From NCBI GenBank assembly GCA_016124585.1, contig WGNL01000001.1, forward strand, positions 266,807 to 330,806: a DNA stretch of 64,000 nucleotides. The letters are read 5' to 3'. The translations under genes were made by a program, and so were the position numbers. Source of the stretch: Bacteroidota bacterium. Lineage in GTDB: Bacteria > Bacteroidota > Bacteroidia > Chitinophagales > Saprospiraceae. Shown here piece after piece: positions 16,755-26,648 of the stretch. The notes under the pieces are model-generated. The model saw only the letters and a program-made list of their open reading frames with translations, did not search any database and had not been told where the DNA came from. Within the stretch, counting starts at the first letter, position 1; each line of letters starts with the position of its first letter.

Positions 16755-19700
16755 CTAACGGATAAGTGTTGTTTCCCCTTTGTACTTCACCCTTTCGCCA
16801 TCCACAAAATCCACCACCATGAACCATACATATACACCTGCAGGCATATCCTTTCCTTGGAATGTGCCATCCCAACCAATATCATTTGCATTAACTGCAA
16901 AATGGTCAGCTTCGTATAAACGCTCACCCCAGCGGTCAAAAACTTGGAAACTTAGGATTTCTTTCACCATTTCTGTGCTGCCGTGCACATGAAGCAGGTC
17001 ATTTAGGCTGCTGCCACCAGCACTTGGAGCAAACCCCGTTGGTACTTGTACATTTCGAAGCTCACGGGCGAAAATGTTTATCATGTCCTCGGCAGTACAG
17101 CCGTTTTTGTCCACTACGGTGAAGGTTACAGTGGATTGCCCCAGCACCAAAAATTCACCAAGCCTGCTGCTCGTATCCTTCGGTGTTAGCCCAGGATTAT
17201 TCGAATACCAGTGGAAAATGGCGGAGCTTGGGTCAGTTAGATTGGAAATAATCGGGTCAAGCAGCAAGGTACTGCCATAGTTTAGAATTGTATCTGGCCC
17301 AAGGTCTACGCTCAAGAGTTTGGGCTCGCCCACATATATCTGCTCCTGCACCCATTCGCAGCCAAAAGCATCCTGCACAGTAATGTTGTAAAGCCCCAAA
17401 TCCAGCAAAGTGAATTCAGTGGCTCCCCCAAAAGCGCCATCATTGAAACTGACCTTGTAGGGTGGATTTCCCCCGGATGGAATTACCTGAATCCGGCCAT
17501 CCTTTTCCCCAAAACACGAAACCCAATCTACTTCCAAACTAGCTTTCAATGCTGATTCTTCCGTAACGATGATGGAATCCAAAACAGAGCACCCAGCCAC
17601 ATCCGAAACGGTCAGGTAATAAGTGCCTGCTAGCAAGCTATCTGGGTCTTTCGAAGTAGAGGTAAAGCCTGATGGCCCCGACCAATTATAATTGAAGACC
17701 CCAGAACCACCAGTAACGGTTGTACTTATATTCCCGTCACTGCCACCAAGGCACTTCACACCTTGTTGTGAGAGTTGAGTCGTAATCGGTTGGTCTTCTC
17801 CAACCGTTTCAGAAATGGAAGCGGTACAACCATTAGCGTCAGACACAGTGACTGTGTAATCTCCGGCAGCAAGTCCTGTAATATCTTCGGTAGTTTCAGC
17901 ATTGTCCCAATTGAAAATGTAGCCAGTAGTAGTGGGTGTTCCACCTAACACTGTGAGGTTAATTTCACCCGTGGAGCTCCCGATACAACCCGTGTTCGTC
18001 GAGAAAGTGCTCAGTTGCAATTGTGTCGGCTGGTTGATGGTAGCACATTGCGAAGCAGTACAACCATTGGCATCCGTGACGGTCAAACAGTAGGTGCTGG
18101 CCGGAAAATTGACGAGGTTGGGTGTACTTTGCCCATTGCTCCAAGCATAGCTAAGCTGTCCAATGCCGCCACTTGCTACCGAACTTATTCCACCAGAATT
18201 TCCACCAAAACAAAGCACGTTGTTTGCTGTGAGTTGAAGGCTTATGCCCGTTGGTTCGCTCAGTGTCAAGGACTGGGTGGCGGTGCAGCCGTTGGCATCT
18301 GTCGCTGTCACCGTATAGGTTGTAGCGCTCAGGTTGTCGGCCATCGGTCCAGTATCAGCATTGCTCCAAGCATATTGATAAGTGCCAGTTCCTCCCGATG
18401 CCATTGCTGCCGCAGTACCATCGGCACCGCCGTTGCAAAGTGGGTCAACGCCTTGTGCTGTGACTGTCAAAAGACTAGGCTCCTGAACGGTAGCGCTGGC
18501 AGTGGCGGTACAACCATTGGCATCTGTCACAGTTGCAGTGTAAGTTCCTGCCATGAGGTTCTGAGCCACAGGTGTTGTAACTCCCCCTGCTGCTGCGTCC
18601 CATTTGATGACGATGGGTGGTGTGCCACCTTGAAAATTGACAGCAGTGTTACCCGTTGCGGAGCCAAAACATACCGCTGGGTTAGCTGTGGCGGTGGCAG
18701 TTAGCAAGGGTGGTTGCGTAAGGTTGATGGAAGCGCCAAAAGTACAGCCATTGGCATCTGTCACGTTGACTGTCTGAGGGCCTATGCCCAAGTTGGTGGC
18801 GATTGAATCAGTTTGTCCATTGCTCCAATCAAAGCTGTATGGGGCAGTGCCTCCAGTAGTGACTGCTGCTAATACTGCATCAGACTGGCCATTGCAACTG
18901 ATATTGCTAACCACAACTGGCACTACGTTAAGCGCTTGCGGAGCAAGAATTGTGACTTGCACCGTGTTCGGACAGTTCCAAGAATCAATTACGCTGGCAG
19001 TATAAGTGCCTCCGGCAATGCCTGTGAAAATGCCAGTTGTATTGTCTATGCCATTGAAAGTATAGGTGTAATCGCCAGCGCCACCAGAGGCTTGAAGTGT
19101 GACAGAACCGTTACTGCTGTTGCTGCAAGTGACGTTGGTCTGATTGGCAATCATCAGCCCTGGTGCCGTGCAGGGTGGGGTAGAGCAGGTGGCAGTTCCA
19201 GTTTGCCCATTGCATTCTCCAATTCCATAGACCTCAATGGTCACTTCTGTATCTAAGTTTAGACCATTGATAATTTCCGTAGTGCCGTTTGTGGGCGAGA
19301 ACGGGGCCCCATTCAAGCTGACCATATAGCCCATTGCTCCTGCGATTGGATCCCAGCTGAAAGTGAGGCTACTGTTTGTGATGTCAGAACAAACGACGGT
19401 TGGCGCTGGCAACACATCTTTCACTTCAATGGTAATGCTGTCTTCCACAATGCAGCCGTAAGTATCAGAAGCTGAAAGGTGGTAGGTAGTCGTTTGGCTG
19501 GGAGAGGCCATTGGGTTTGGGCAATCAGTGCAGCTAAGTCCCGCAGCAGGTGTCCATTCGTAGTACAATTGGTACAAAGGCTCAAATGTAATCGTCCAGT
19601 CGAGGATGGTGCCGTTGAAGCCCATTTGGTCGTCCAGCACCAGCAACTGCCAAGTGCCATTGGTCAGGTAGTCACCATCCCAAAGGTCTGACCAAACGCC

Positions 19701-21284
19701 TTCTGGTGCGAATGTGCCGTTGGCAAATGAAGGTTGCCCGCCCGAAGTACATGGCGGCCAAGGGAAGCCTGCGCCAATGCTGATGGTAGCAGTTGGTGAA
19801 AAGCAGACGTTGGTGTAGTCATCGCAGTTGGAGCCATTGTCGGAACTTAGTTCGATAAACTGTCCACTTGGAGAAATCAGGAAAAGGTCTAGGTCATCCA
19901 CCCAATTGTGGTCGATGTTGACACAAACCGATTGGATGACGCCTGGCCCCAAGGTAACTGGCTGAACGCCAGCTACTTGTATTGGTGAATACGTCGGTGT
20001 TCCGTTCGTCACGGTGTAATCCTGCGTGTTGGTAAATGAGGGGGGAACCGGCAATGGAATCGGTAGCGTACCATCCAGTTGCACGGAATCGAATTTGCAA
20101 ATCGAGAGGTCAGGGCCAAGCTCTGGAGGTACGATTTCATTGTCTCGAATAAAAATCCAGAATGTATCCCGGTTACAAACATCCCGTTGGATGTCTATGC
20201 CAATGGTTTCCAAGCCTTCCGTAATGCCATCTTCAAAGGCGATGATTGGTATGGTGATGGAGCTGTCACCAATCGGTATGAACAAGTCAGTAGGGATAGT
20301 CATGTAATCCACACCGTTTTGTGCCGTTCCGATGATAGTGTAGTCTAGTGGGTAATCGGCTTCCACCGGGCCGGGGTAGGTAAAGGTGAGGGAGCCGCTG
20401 GCACAATCTTCGGTTACTGTTCCGTCAAGGCTGACAGTGTTCGTCTCAACTTTTAGTGAGCCAGTTCCGAAGGACTTTGCCTCCAAAAATACACCAGTAT
20501 CAAAGGCTGGATCTCCCACATCTGATACCATTAATTTGATGGTATAGGTTTCACAAGGAATAACTACTGCTTCTGCAATGAAAACAGACAAGTAACCATC
20601 ATATACTGGTTGTCCTGCACTGGTCGTATTGTCGTGGTAGTATTGGCCAAATTCAGGCGCACAGCTTCCATTTTGCGGGTGAATATTATTGATGGAAACA
20701 GGCGTGTTTGTGCCAGGTATCAAAGCAATGTTTTGCCCATTGTTTTGGTACGGGCCATTGATGCCGGGCCCGCTGATGAAAAAACCAAACACATCGTTGA
20801 ACGGAGAGCAAGCCCATTCAGGGTATTCTTCTGAAGCAAAAACATATTTGAAACGCAACGTATCGGAAGTGGGGATGAAAGTGATGGAAAACCTAGCAAA
20901 ATCAAAGAGCGTACCTGCTGCGATTGCTTGTAGGTCAGGGTCAGTGGCATTACCGTTGTTGTCATTGGAAGCAAATTGGTTACCACCACAATCGGCGCCG
21001 AGCGGCCCTGCACCACAATTCACCGAACCAGCCCTGCCGCTGGTAAGTAAAATCCCGCGATCAATGCCCACCACGTTTTGGGCATTTTTGAAATACCCAA
21101 CTGCCAATGGGTCGCCTGTGAAAGTCACGTCTGTTACTTCCACCCCGTCGCCCAAAAAGATATTGGTAATCAAGTTTTCAGGCGTGATTGGAGCCGTTGT
21201 GGCGTCGGTGATTTCCATGGTTTGAGCGGTTGGTTTGCCCAAAAACATAAAAAGAAAAAGCCCGAAGGCTACACAGCGTTTCAT
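16755..21284 (-). CDS. Giant T9SS type-B cargo: choice-of-anchor-L domain, proprotein-convertase P-domain, FN3, SprB repeats and a gliding-motility C-terminal domain
   Basis: Signal peptide MKRCVAFGLFLFMFLGKPTAQT (start at 21284, or at M43 = 21308).
- N-terminal ITPENLI...FKYVFASEEYPEW...NDVFGFFISGPGI matches choice-of-anchor L.
- DHNWVDDLDLFLISPSG...GTWQLLVLD matches the P-domain.
- About 9-10 repeats of C.G...G........GG..PY.Y.WSNG match the SprB repeat.
- C-terminus VPTGFAPS...LLHVHG...FQVFDRWGERLY...GVYVWF... matches the type-B CTD. Confidence 0.85.
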   Translation of the reverse strand: MKRCVAFGLFLFMFLGKPTAQTMEITDATTAPITPENLITNIFLGDGVEVTDVTFTGDPLAVGYFKNAQNVVGIDRGILLTSGRAGSVNCGAGPLGADCGGNQFASNDNNGNATDPDLQAIAAGTLFDFARFSITFIPTSDTLRFKYVFASEEYPEWACSPFNDVFGFFISGPGINGPYQNNGQNIALIPGTNTPVSINNIHPQNGSCAPEFGQYYHDNTTSAGQPVYDGYLSVFIAEAVVIPCETYTIKLMVSDVGDPAFDTGVFLEAKSFGTGSLKVETNTVSLDGTVTEDCASGSLTFTYPGPVEADYPLDYTIIGTAQNGVDYMTIPTDLFIPIGDSSITIPIIAFEDGITEGLETIGIDIQRDVCNRDTFWIFIRDNEIVPPELGPDLSICKFDSVQLDGTLPIPLPVPPSFTNTQDYTVTNGTPTYSPIQVAGVQPVTLGPGVIQSVCVNIDHNWVDDLDLFLISPSGQFIELSSDNGSNCDDYTNVCFSPTATISIGAGFPWPPCTSGGQPSFANGTFAPEGVWSDLWDGDYLTNGTWQLLVLDDQMGFNGTILDWTITFEPLYQLYYEWTPAAGLSCTDCPNPMASPSQTTTYHLSASDTYGCIVEDSITIEVKDVLPAPTVVCSDITNSSLTFSWDPIAGAMGYMVSLNGAPFSPTNGTTEIINGLNLDTEVTIEVYGIGECNGQTGTATCSTPPCTAPGLMIANQTNVTCSNSSNGSVTLQASGGAGDYTYTFNGIDNTTGIFTGIAGGTYTASVIDSWNCPNTVQVTILAPQALNVVPVVVSNISCNGQSDAVLAAVTTGGTAPYSFDWSNGQTDSIATNLGIGPQTVNVTDANGCTFGASINLTQPPLLTATATANPAVCFGSATGNTAVNFQGGTPPIVIKWDAAAGGVTTPVAQNLMAGTYTATVTDANGCTATASATVQEPSLLTVTAQGVDPLCNGGADGTAAAMASGGTGTYQYAWSNADTGPMADNLSATTYTVTATDANGCTATQSLTLSEPTGISLQLTANNVLCFGGNSGGISSVASGGIGQLSYAWSNGQSTPNLVNFPASTYCLTVTDANGCTASQCATINQPTQLQLSTFSTNTGCIGSSTGEINLTVLGGTPTTTGYIFNWDNAETTEDITGLAAGDYTVTVSDANGCTASISETVGEDQPITTQLSQQGVKCLGGSDGNISTTVTGGSGVFNYNWSGPSGFTSTSKDPDSLLAGTYYLTVSDVAGCSVLDSIIVTEESALKASLEVDWVSCFGEKDGRIQVIPSGGNPPYKVSFNDGAFGGATEFTLLDLGLYNITVQDAFGCEWVQEQIYVGEPKLLSVDLGPDTILNYGSTLLLDPIISNLTDPSSAIFHWYSNNPGLTPKDTSSRLGEFLVLGQSTVTFTVVDKNGCTAEDMINIFARELRNVQVPTGFAPSAGGSSLNDLLHVHGSTEMVKEILSFQVFDRWGERLYEADHFAVNANDIGWDGTFQGKDMPAGVYVWFMVVDFVDGERVKYKGETTLIR
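17444..19154 (-). repeat. Coding tandem repeats (SprB-type, about 75-80 aa units)
   Basis: The periodic Cys...GG..(P)Y.(Y/F).WSNG pattern is visible in the translation. The boundaries are approximate. Confidence 0.6.
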
Positions 21285-21515
21285 TTTTGCGAGAGTAAAT
21301 AAATTCATATTCAGCAGGTAAAAAGTTTTGCTTGCTTTCTGAAAATGATTGGTTGTGAAAAGTGCCTGGGAAAATTCGTGAATTGAACCATAAAAATAGC
21401 TGCTACGCTTGAGATTTTCCTCAAAAATGGCCAATAAATCATCGTTATGCCTAATAACTTGCCAAGTATCAAGACAGAACGAATGAACCCTCGGGTTTGT
21501 GATACAGCTTTTTTT

Positions 21516-22562
21516 CTAAAAAATGACCTCCGTCGCACCCCATCCGTAGCGTGGATGGAACTCGTTTTTGAATGTATTGACTTGCGGGTTTTGCATGAGC
21601 TTGGTCGCAATTGCATCTTTCAGTTTGCCTTCCCCAACGCCGTGAATCACAAAGACCCGCTCAATGCCCAAATGCAAGGCCTTGGCTATAAATGATTCAA
21701 AATGAGTTAGTTGTATCTTTAAAATATCGCCGCTGGTCAACTTGCGCCAACTGTCCGTCAGCTTTTCGATGTGCAGGTCTAGTTCTGGGTTAAAGGCTGC
21801 CAATTCGTTGGAGTCTGGCACATGGTGGTACCCTTTGAGCATGTTGCTGCTTTGCTTCGCAATAGGTTTTGCATTACGCTTGGTATAAGACTCCAAGTCT
21901 TCGGAGCTAGGGGCATCCGTTGATTCCGGTTTTTCAAAAAGCCGGTACCAATGCACTGGTTTATTCAGAAATGGGGCTGTTCGAAGATTGCCAAAGAAAG
22001 ATTTCGGCTTTATTTTCAATGACTTGAATGCCTCTGGTGTGAGCCCCTCAGTAGTCACCCAACTACAAGTCACTTCAAATTCCGGTGTCTCGTTCAGGTC
22101 ATCGTACAGGAACTCGCCCAGCTTCTGATAGCTCACTGACTTCAATTGACTGTTCCAAGTCTGCGGCCCACGGCTATTCAGGAACAGTTTCAGTTCAAAC
22201 ACCACATCATATCGTGTGTCGTTGAGCAGATATAGCAAGTATTTTTCAGGCACTTCATGCTTGGATTCTACAGGGTCAAACACCAATTGAATGCCTAAGC
22301 TTTTCAGGATGGTGTACTGCGTTTCCACCGAAACTGGCGGGGCTGTTGGCTCTTGCGTCTCTTTTTTGCCTTCTACTACTTTCGCCTTCACGGGGTGCTT
22401 CTGACGGTCTTCTGCCCGGAACAGGTCATCGGTGTGCGTCGGGATTTCCATGTCGTATTTCGGCAAGTACACACTTACCATGCCTCCCTCGAGCAGAGCT
22501 TTCACTACGCCTTCATCGTCTGTGTGCTGGAATTTTACTTTGGTGCCAATTGCGAAAAGCAT
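21516..22562 (-). CDS. Smr (MutS2-type small endonuclease) domain protein with a long N-terminal region
   Basis: C-terminal LDLHIEKL...VFVIHGVGEGKLKDAI is the Smr signature (LDLHG-like plus HG.G.G.L). The start is moved to MLFAIGTKVKF (22562). Confidence 0.75.
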   Translation of the reverse strand: MLFAIGTKVKFQHTDDEGVVKALLEGGMVSVYLPKYDMEIPTHTDDLFRAEDRQKHPVKAKVVEGKKETQEPTAPPVSVETQYTILKSLGIQLVFDPVESKHEVPEKYLLYLLNDTRYDVVFELKLFLNSRGPQTWNSQLKSVSYQKLGEFLYDDLNETPEFEVTCSWVTTEGLTPEAFKSLKIKPKSFFGNLRTAPFLNKPVHWYRLFEKPESTDAPSSEDLESYTKRNAKPIAKQSSNMLKGYHHVPDSNELAAFNPELDLHIEKLTDSWRKLTSGDILKIQLTHFESFIAKALHLGIERVFVIHGVGEGKLKDAIATKLMQNPQVNTFKNEFHPRYGWGATEVIF

Positions 22563-22688
22563 GTCATTTTGGTGATTGGTGATATTTAAATATTGATTTG
22601 TGGCCCTAACGCTGCCAACCTTTGGATAGTGGCAAAGGTAATGAATGGAAAACCTTTCCCAATCACTAATCACAATTACCTTCGCCCC

Positions 22689-23321
22689 ATGAATTTACGC
22701 TGGAAAATTGCCCAATTTTTTGAAGCATGGTGGTGGCGGCGCTATCTGAGGGGCAAGTCTTTGCCTGACTATCTTGACTGGAAAAGGGAATACTGGATGG
22801 ATTTTTTGCGGAAAATCAACCTTATGGTTCCTCCAGAAGCCAGGGTTCTCGATGCTGGATGCGGCCCTGCGGGCATTTTTTTGGTGCTCCGCAACAACGA
22901 GGTGACTGCCCTCGACCCGCTTTTGGGCAAGTACAAGACTTTATTTCCGTATTTTACGGATGGTTCCCTTCCCAATATCCGCTTCGAAGCGCAAACTTTG
23001 GAGACTTTTTTTGCTCCGCAACAATTTGGCTTTGTGTTCTGCCTGAATGCCATCAACCACGTGGCGGAGTTGGATACTAGCTTAAAAAAATTGAGGGAGG
23101 CCACACGTCCAGGGGGTAAGCTCATCCTCTCAGTGGATGCACACAATTACCCCATTTTTAAATGGCTTTTTCAGTTGTTGCCGGGCGATATTTTACACCC
23201 GCACCAGTTTGATTTGGCGGATTATACCCGGCGACTTGCCTTGCATGGCTTCAAGGTTCAACAGGTATTGAAATTAAAGAAGGAATTCTTTTTCAGCTTC
23301 TATGTGCTGACCCTGACTTAA
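22689..23321 (+). CDS. Class I SAM-dependent methyltransferase
   Basis: Motif I VLDAGCGPAGIF. There is an acidic residue after beta-2 (ALDP), and the C-terminal half is typical of the Methyltransf_11/25 type. The start is moved to the ATG at 22689. Confidence 0.75.
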   Translation: MNLRWKIAQFFEAWWWRRYLRGKSLPDYLDWKREYWMDFLRKINLMVPPEARVLDAGCGPAGIFLVLRNNEVTALDPLLGKYKTLFPYFTDGSLPNIRFEAQTLETFFAPQQFGFVFCLNAINHVAELDTSLKKLREATRPGGKLILSVDAHNYPIFKWLFQLLPGDILHPHQFDLADYTRRLALHGFKVQQVLKLKKEFFFSFYVLTLT

Positions 23322-23447
23322 AGCATTTTTAGGACAATCAACTTTCCTATGCCGGGACTAATACATTATTAATTTCCCAACTTAAACTTTCCCCCTATTA
23401 TTTTTGCAACCCAATTTCACTATCACCCTGAACTACAACTATCCTGC

Positions 23448-24080
23448 ATGGCATACAAAATCAAGGAGCTTTATTTCACACTCCAAGGCGAAGGGGCGCA
23501 CACAGGACGGCCTGCTGTCTTTTGCCGTTTCACTGGCTGCAACCTGTGGACAGGGAGGGAAGAAGACCGACACAAAGCCATTTGCCAGTTTTGCGACACT
23601 GATTTTTGGGGAACGGATGGTGAAAACGGTGGGCATTACACCGCCAAGGAGTTGGTGGTGAAAGCGGCCTCACTTTGGGGTGATTTGTCAAAAGGAAAGC
23701 CTTATGTAGTATGTACAGGTGGTGAGCCGTTGCTGCAATTGGACGAACCCCTGATTGACGAATTTCACAAGCATGGGTTTGAAGTAGGGGTGGAGACGAA
23801 TGGTACCCAGTATGCCCCCGCAGGATTGGATTGGATTTGCGTAAGCCCCAAAGCAGGTGCACCGTTGATTTTGACCAAAGGCAATGAATTAAAACTAGTG
23901 TTTCCGCAGCCTACTGCCTTGCCGGAATTGTTCGAGGATTTGGATTTTGAAAACTTTTTTTTGCAGCCAATGGATAGCGATAGGCAAGCTGAGAATACCC
24001 GTTCGGCAATTGCGTACTGTTTGAAAAATCCGAAGTGGCGGCTCAGTGTGCAGACGCATAAATTGCTGAATATCCCTTGA
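23448..24080 (+). CDS. queE: 7-carboxy-7-deazaguanine synthase QueE (radical SAM)
   Basis: ELYFTLQGEGAHTGRPAVFCRFTGCNLWTG is the N-terminal QueE signature with the Cx14CxxC-type cluster. ETNGT and SPK motifs follow. 210 aa. Confidence 0.9.
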   Translation: MAYKIKELYFTLQGEGAHTGRPAVFCRFTGCNLWTGREEDRHKAICQFCDTDFWGTDGENGGHYTAKELVVKAASLWGDLSKGKPYVVCTGGEPLLQLDEPLIDEFHKHGFEVGVETNGTQYAPAGLDWICVSPKAGAPLILTKGNELKLVFPQPTALPELFEDLDFENFFLQPMDSDRQAENTRSAIAYCLKNPKWRLSVQTHKLLNIP

Positions 24081-24088
24081 AATACATG

Positions 24089-24130
24089 AAAAAAAGCCGC
24101 TTGGTTTCAATACACCAAGCGGCTTTTTTT
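24089..24130. terminator. Bidirectional rho-independent terminator
   Basis: aaaaaagccgcttggt ... accaagcggctttttttt lies between convergent genes, with an A-run 5' and a T-run 3'. Confidence 0.85.
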
Positions 24131-24151
24131 TAAAGTATGAGAGTTAGAATA

Positions 24152-25198
24152 TTATTGGAAAACCACTTTTTCAGTCTTCACAAACCCTGACGTTTTAAGT
24201 TGTACCATGAAAAGTCCAGCACCACCAACCATCCCACGGTCCAGTTTAAAACTGGAATTGCCCGCACTCAACTGCCCATCCAACAGAACTGCCACTCGCC
24301 GACCAGAAATATCAAAAACCTCCAGTTGAGCCTCTGACAAATTTTCTAGTGTCTCTAAATTGATTTGCGTTTGTTGACTGGCTACAGTTGGGACGATTTT
24401 GAGTTCGAACTTATTAGCAGGATCTTGAACACTTGAAACTGTTGCAATTTCAATTTGAGTAGTGCTCCAAACATTCATGGGGACGTATTTGTCACCCTCC
24501 TTGTTCCAGATAATGCCAATAACTTCGTATTCGTGTGAGGTTGGCGACTCGGTTTGTAATGCAAAGTTCAAGGAAAATTCTTGGCCTGCATCCACATTTT
24601 CATTGGAAATTAACTGGCCATAGGTCTCTTCTGAAAACGAAGAACGAAATAAATGGCGATGAACAGCATCAGCCCCAATACTGGCTTGGTAAGCTGTCAC
24701 ATGATCTTCCAGCAAATAAATGCCCAAGTAAAATTCACCTTGTGCAGCTTGGAAAAACTTGACTTTTGCTGCCACTTTTATTTCACCATTTTCATAGACA
24801 GGTTCAAATCCACAGTTGACAATAGGCGCCTGCACGAATGCCGTATTGATTTTTGATTGCAGCTCAGGTAGTTTGGTATTCACATTGCCAGCCGCAACGC
24901 CTTGGTCTGTACCGTCCAAAAAGAAACGAGGTTGGTAACCACCGCCTAGATTCTCCGTGATTGCGGTAGCAGCAGGGGTAGACAATGCGCCGGAATAATG
25001 CGCTGCCATGTACACCGCTTTATTGCCATTTTGGTCGATGGCATTTTCAAAGAAATTCCAACCCCAAGTGCCGCAGTAGGGACACCAGTCAGCAGTACGT
25101 TTGGTGACGAGGCTGCGTTGCTGTTCTACTACTTGCTGGGCGATACCTTTTGCCAAAAACAAACATGCGACGAGTAGGACGAAGTAATTCTTTTTCAT
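24152..25198 (-). CDS. Secreted Omp28-related/thioredoxin-fold-like protein with a T9SS type-A sorting domain
   Basis: Signal peptide and a WCPYCG motif early in the sequence. C-terminus KIVPTVAS...LEVFDISGRRVA...GLFMVQLKT...KVVFQ is typical of Por tails. Confidence 0.7.
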   Translation of the reverse strand: MKKNYFVLLVACLFLAKGIAQQVVEQQRSLVTKRTADWCPYCGTWGWNFFENAIDQNGNKAVYMAAHYSGALSTPAATAITENLGGGYQPRFFLDGTDQGVAAGNVNTKLPELQSKINTAFVQAPIVNCGFEPVYENGEIKVAAKVKFFQAAQGEFYLGIYLLEDHVTAYQASIGADAVHRHLFRSSFSEETYGQLISNENVDAGQEFSLNFALQTESPTSHEYEVIGIIWNKEGDKYVPMNVWSTTQIEIATVSSVQDPANKFELKIVPTVASQQTQINLETLENLSEAQLEVFDISGRRVAVLLDGQLSAGNSSFKLDRGMVGGAGLFMVQLKTSGFVKTEKVVFQ

Positions 25199-25302
25199 GT
25201 GATTATGGATTCAGATTTTTCAAAATTATTTTAGTCAATAGGCTTGCTCATCGCAAGATGAACAATCAATATGAGTTTATAGTCGAAATGGAATTTATTT
25301 CC

Positions 25303-26625
25303 TTACAAAATTACTGCCTTGACTATGGTTTTTGTCGTATCGGTGACTTTAAAACGGTCATCCAAGCGCATGCCCAATACCCAAGCAATTTCCCCGCCAG
25401 ATTCCAGTAGCCAAACACGTTCCTTTTCGAATCTCGACAGCTTGTGGTTGGAGAAGAAATCCTGCAGTTTTTGTTGTTTACCGCTCATTCCCAGCGGGCA
25501 AAATTTATCACCTGGCTGCCAATGCCGGAACAACAATGGGAATTGAAGCCTATCGGCATCCAGCCAAGCGGTATTGGGTCCGCCGTCGAGGCTAGGCGGT
25601 AGTCTGGCTTGGTACAGGCCTAGCTCCAACCCATCCGGGAGTACGACAGGGGAGCTTGGGATTTTATGTAAAAAATATACTCCGCCAATGTTTTCCCCCA
25701 ATGATAAAATTAAAAAAGAGCGATCAACCAGCAGCGAGGTGGTGGCATGAAAAATGCTACCAGATTGATTGTCAGCACTTTGTAAAATATCTCGAACTTG
25801 TGAATTGTTGAATCCAAAAGGCTTCAAAATTTCGAAAAGAACGGTGGCCGGGGCAGGATAGGAGCGTAGTTTTTTGAGGTCAATTCGCCATTCACTTGCG
25901 CCTTTTTCAACGACATCAGCGATGATTCTGTCCAATGCAAAATCATATAGCGACTCTGCTTCTCTCAACCTTTCGATGTTTTCTCCAGCCGTTTTTTGGA
26001 AGGCTGGGTTAATTTTTTCAAAAACAGGTATCGCATGGTGTCTAAGCAGGTTGCGGCTGTATTTGTCAGTGAGGTTGGAGGCATCCTCTCTAAATTTTAT
26101 CTTTTCCAGTTCTGCAAAAGCGATGATTTCCTTTTTAGTTGCAAAAAGCAAAGGACGAATCACTTTCTCATTCACCGGTGGTATGCCGTGCAGTCCTCGA
26201 ATGCCACAGCCTTTCGTAAAATTATAGAGCAAAGTTTCGATGGAATCATCAAGGTGGTGGGCAGTCGCAATAAGCTGGCAATCAGCTAATTGGCGAGTTT
26301 TTTCTAACCAAGTATAACGAAGTTGTCGGGCTGCTTCTTGGATGGAGATTTTGTTTTGCTCCGCAAAAAGTTTAGTGTCAAAACGGATGGTGTGGAATGC
26401 AACTTGGAGGGTCTCTGCCAGTTTTTTTACCAAAAACTCGTCTCCATCTGATTCCTCTCCCCGCAACTGGAAATTGCAATGTGCAATATCAAACGGCAGA
26501 CCCGAATCATGAAACAAGTGGCAAAGTACCATCGAGTCCACACCGCCACTGGTGGCTACCAATGTTTTTTCACCTGTAGCCACCAGATTTTGCGAGGCGA
26601 TATATTTCAAGAAATTAGGAAGCAC
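25303..26625 (-). CDS. tilS: tRNA(Ile)-lysidine synthase
   Basis: PP-loop VATSGGVDSMVL followed by HHLDD. 440 aa with the C-terminal TilS substrate-binding region. Confidence 0.9.
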   Translation of the reverse strand: MLPNFLKYIASQNLVATGEKTLVATSGGVDSMVLCHLFHDSGLPFDIAHCNFQLRGEESDGDEFLVKKLAETLQVAFHTIRFDTKLFAEQNKISIQEAARQLRYTWLEKTRQLADCQLIATAHHLDDSIETLLYNFTKGCGIRGLHGIPPVNEKVIRPLLFATKKEIIAFAELEKIKFREDASNLTDKYSRNLLRHHAIPVFEKINPAFQKTAGENIERLREAESLYDFALDRIIADVVEKGASEWRIDLKKLRSYPAPATVLFEILKPFGFNNSQVRDILQSADNQSGSIFHATTSLLVDRSFLILSLGENIGGVYFLHKIPSSPVVLPDGLELGLYQARLPPSLDGGPNTAWLDADRLQFPLLFRHWQPGDKFCPLGMSGKQQKLQDFFSNHKLSRFEKERVWLLESGGEIAWVLGMRLDDRFKVTDTTKTIVKAVIL

Positions 26626-26648
26626 CTGAGAAGGTTGTCAGTCGTAAA

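Noticed and set aside
23322-23447. preQ1 riboswitch upstream of queE
   Set aside because: I could find no compact stem followed by the conserved CUA...A-rich tail pattern. The spacer looks like an ordinary AT-rich promoter region.
21516-24080. Smr nuclease, SAM methyltransferase and QueE as a 7-deazaguanine DNA-modification (Dpd-like) or restriction/defence cluster
   Set aside because: - There is no TGT-like DpdA, helicase, ATPase or restriction component.
- The Smr and methyltransferase genes are divergently transcribed.
- QueE is a standard queuosine-pathway gene.
- The Smr protein matches a widespread housekeeping-type architecture.
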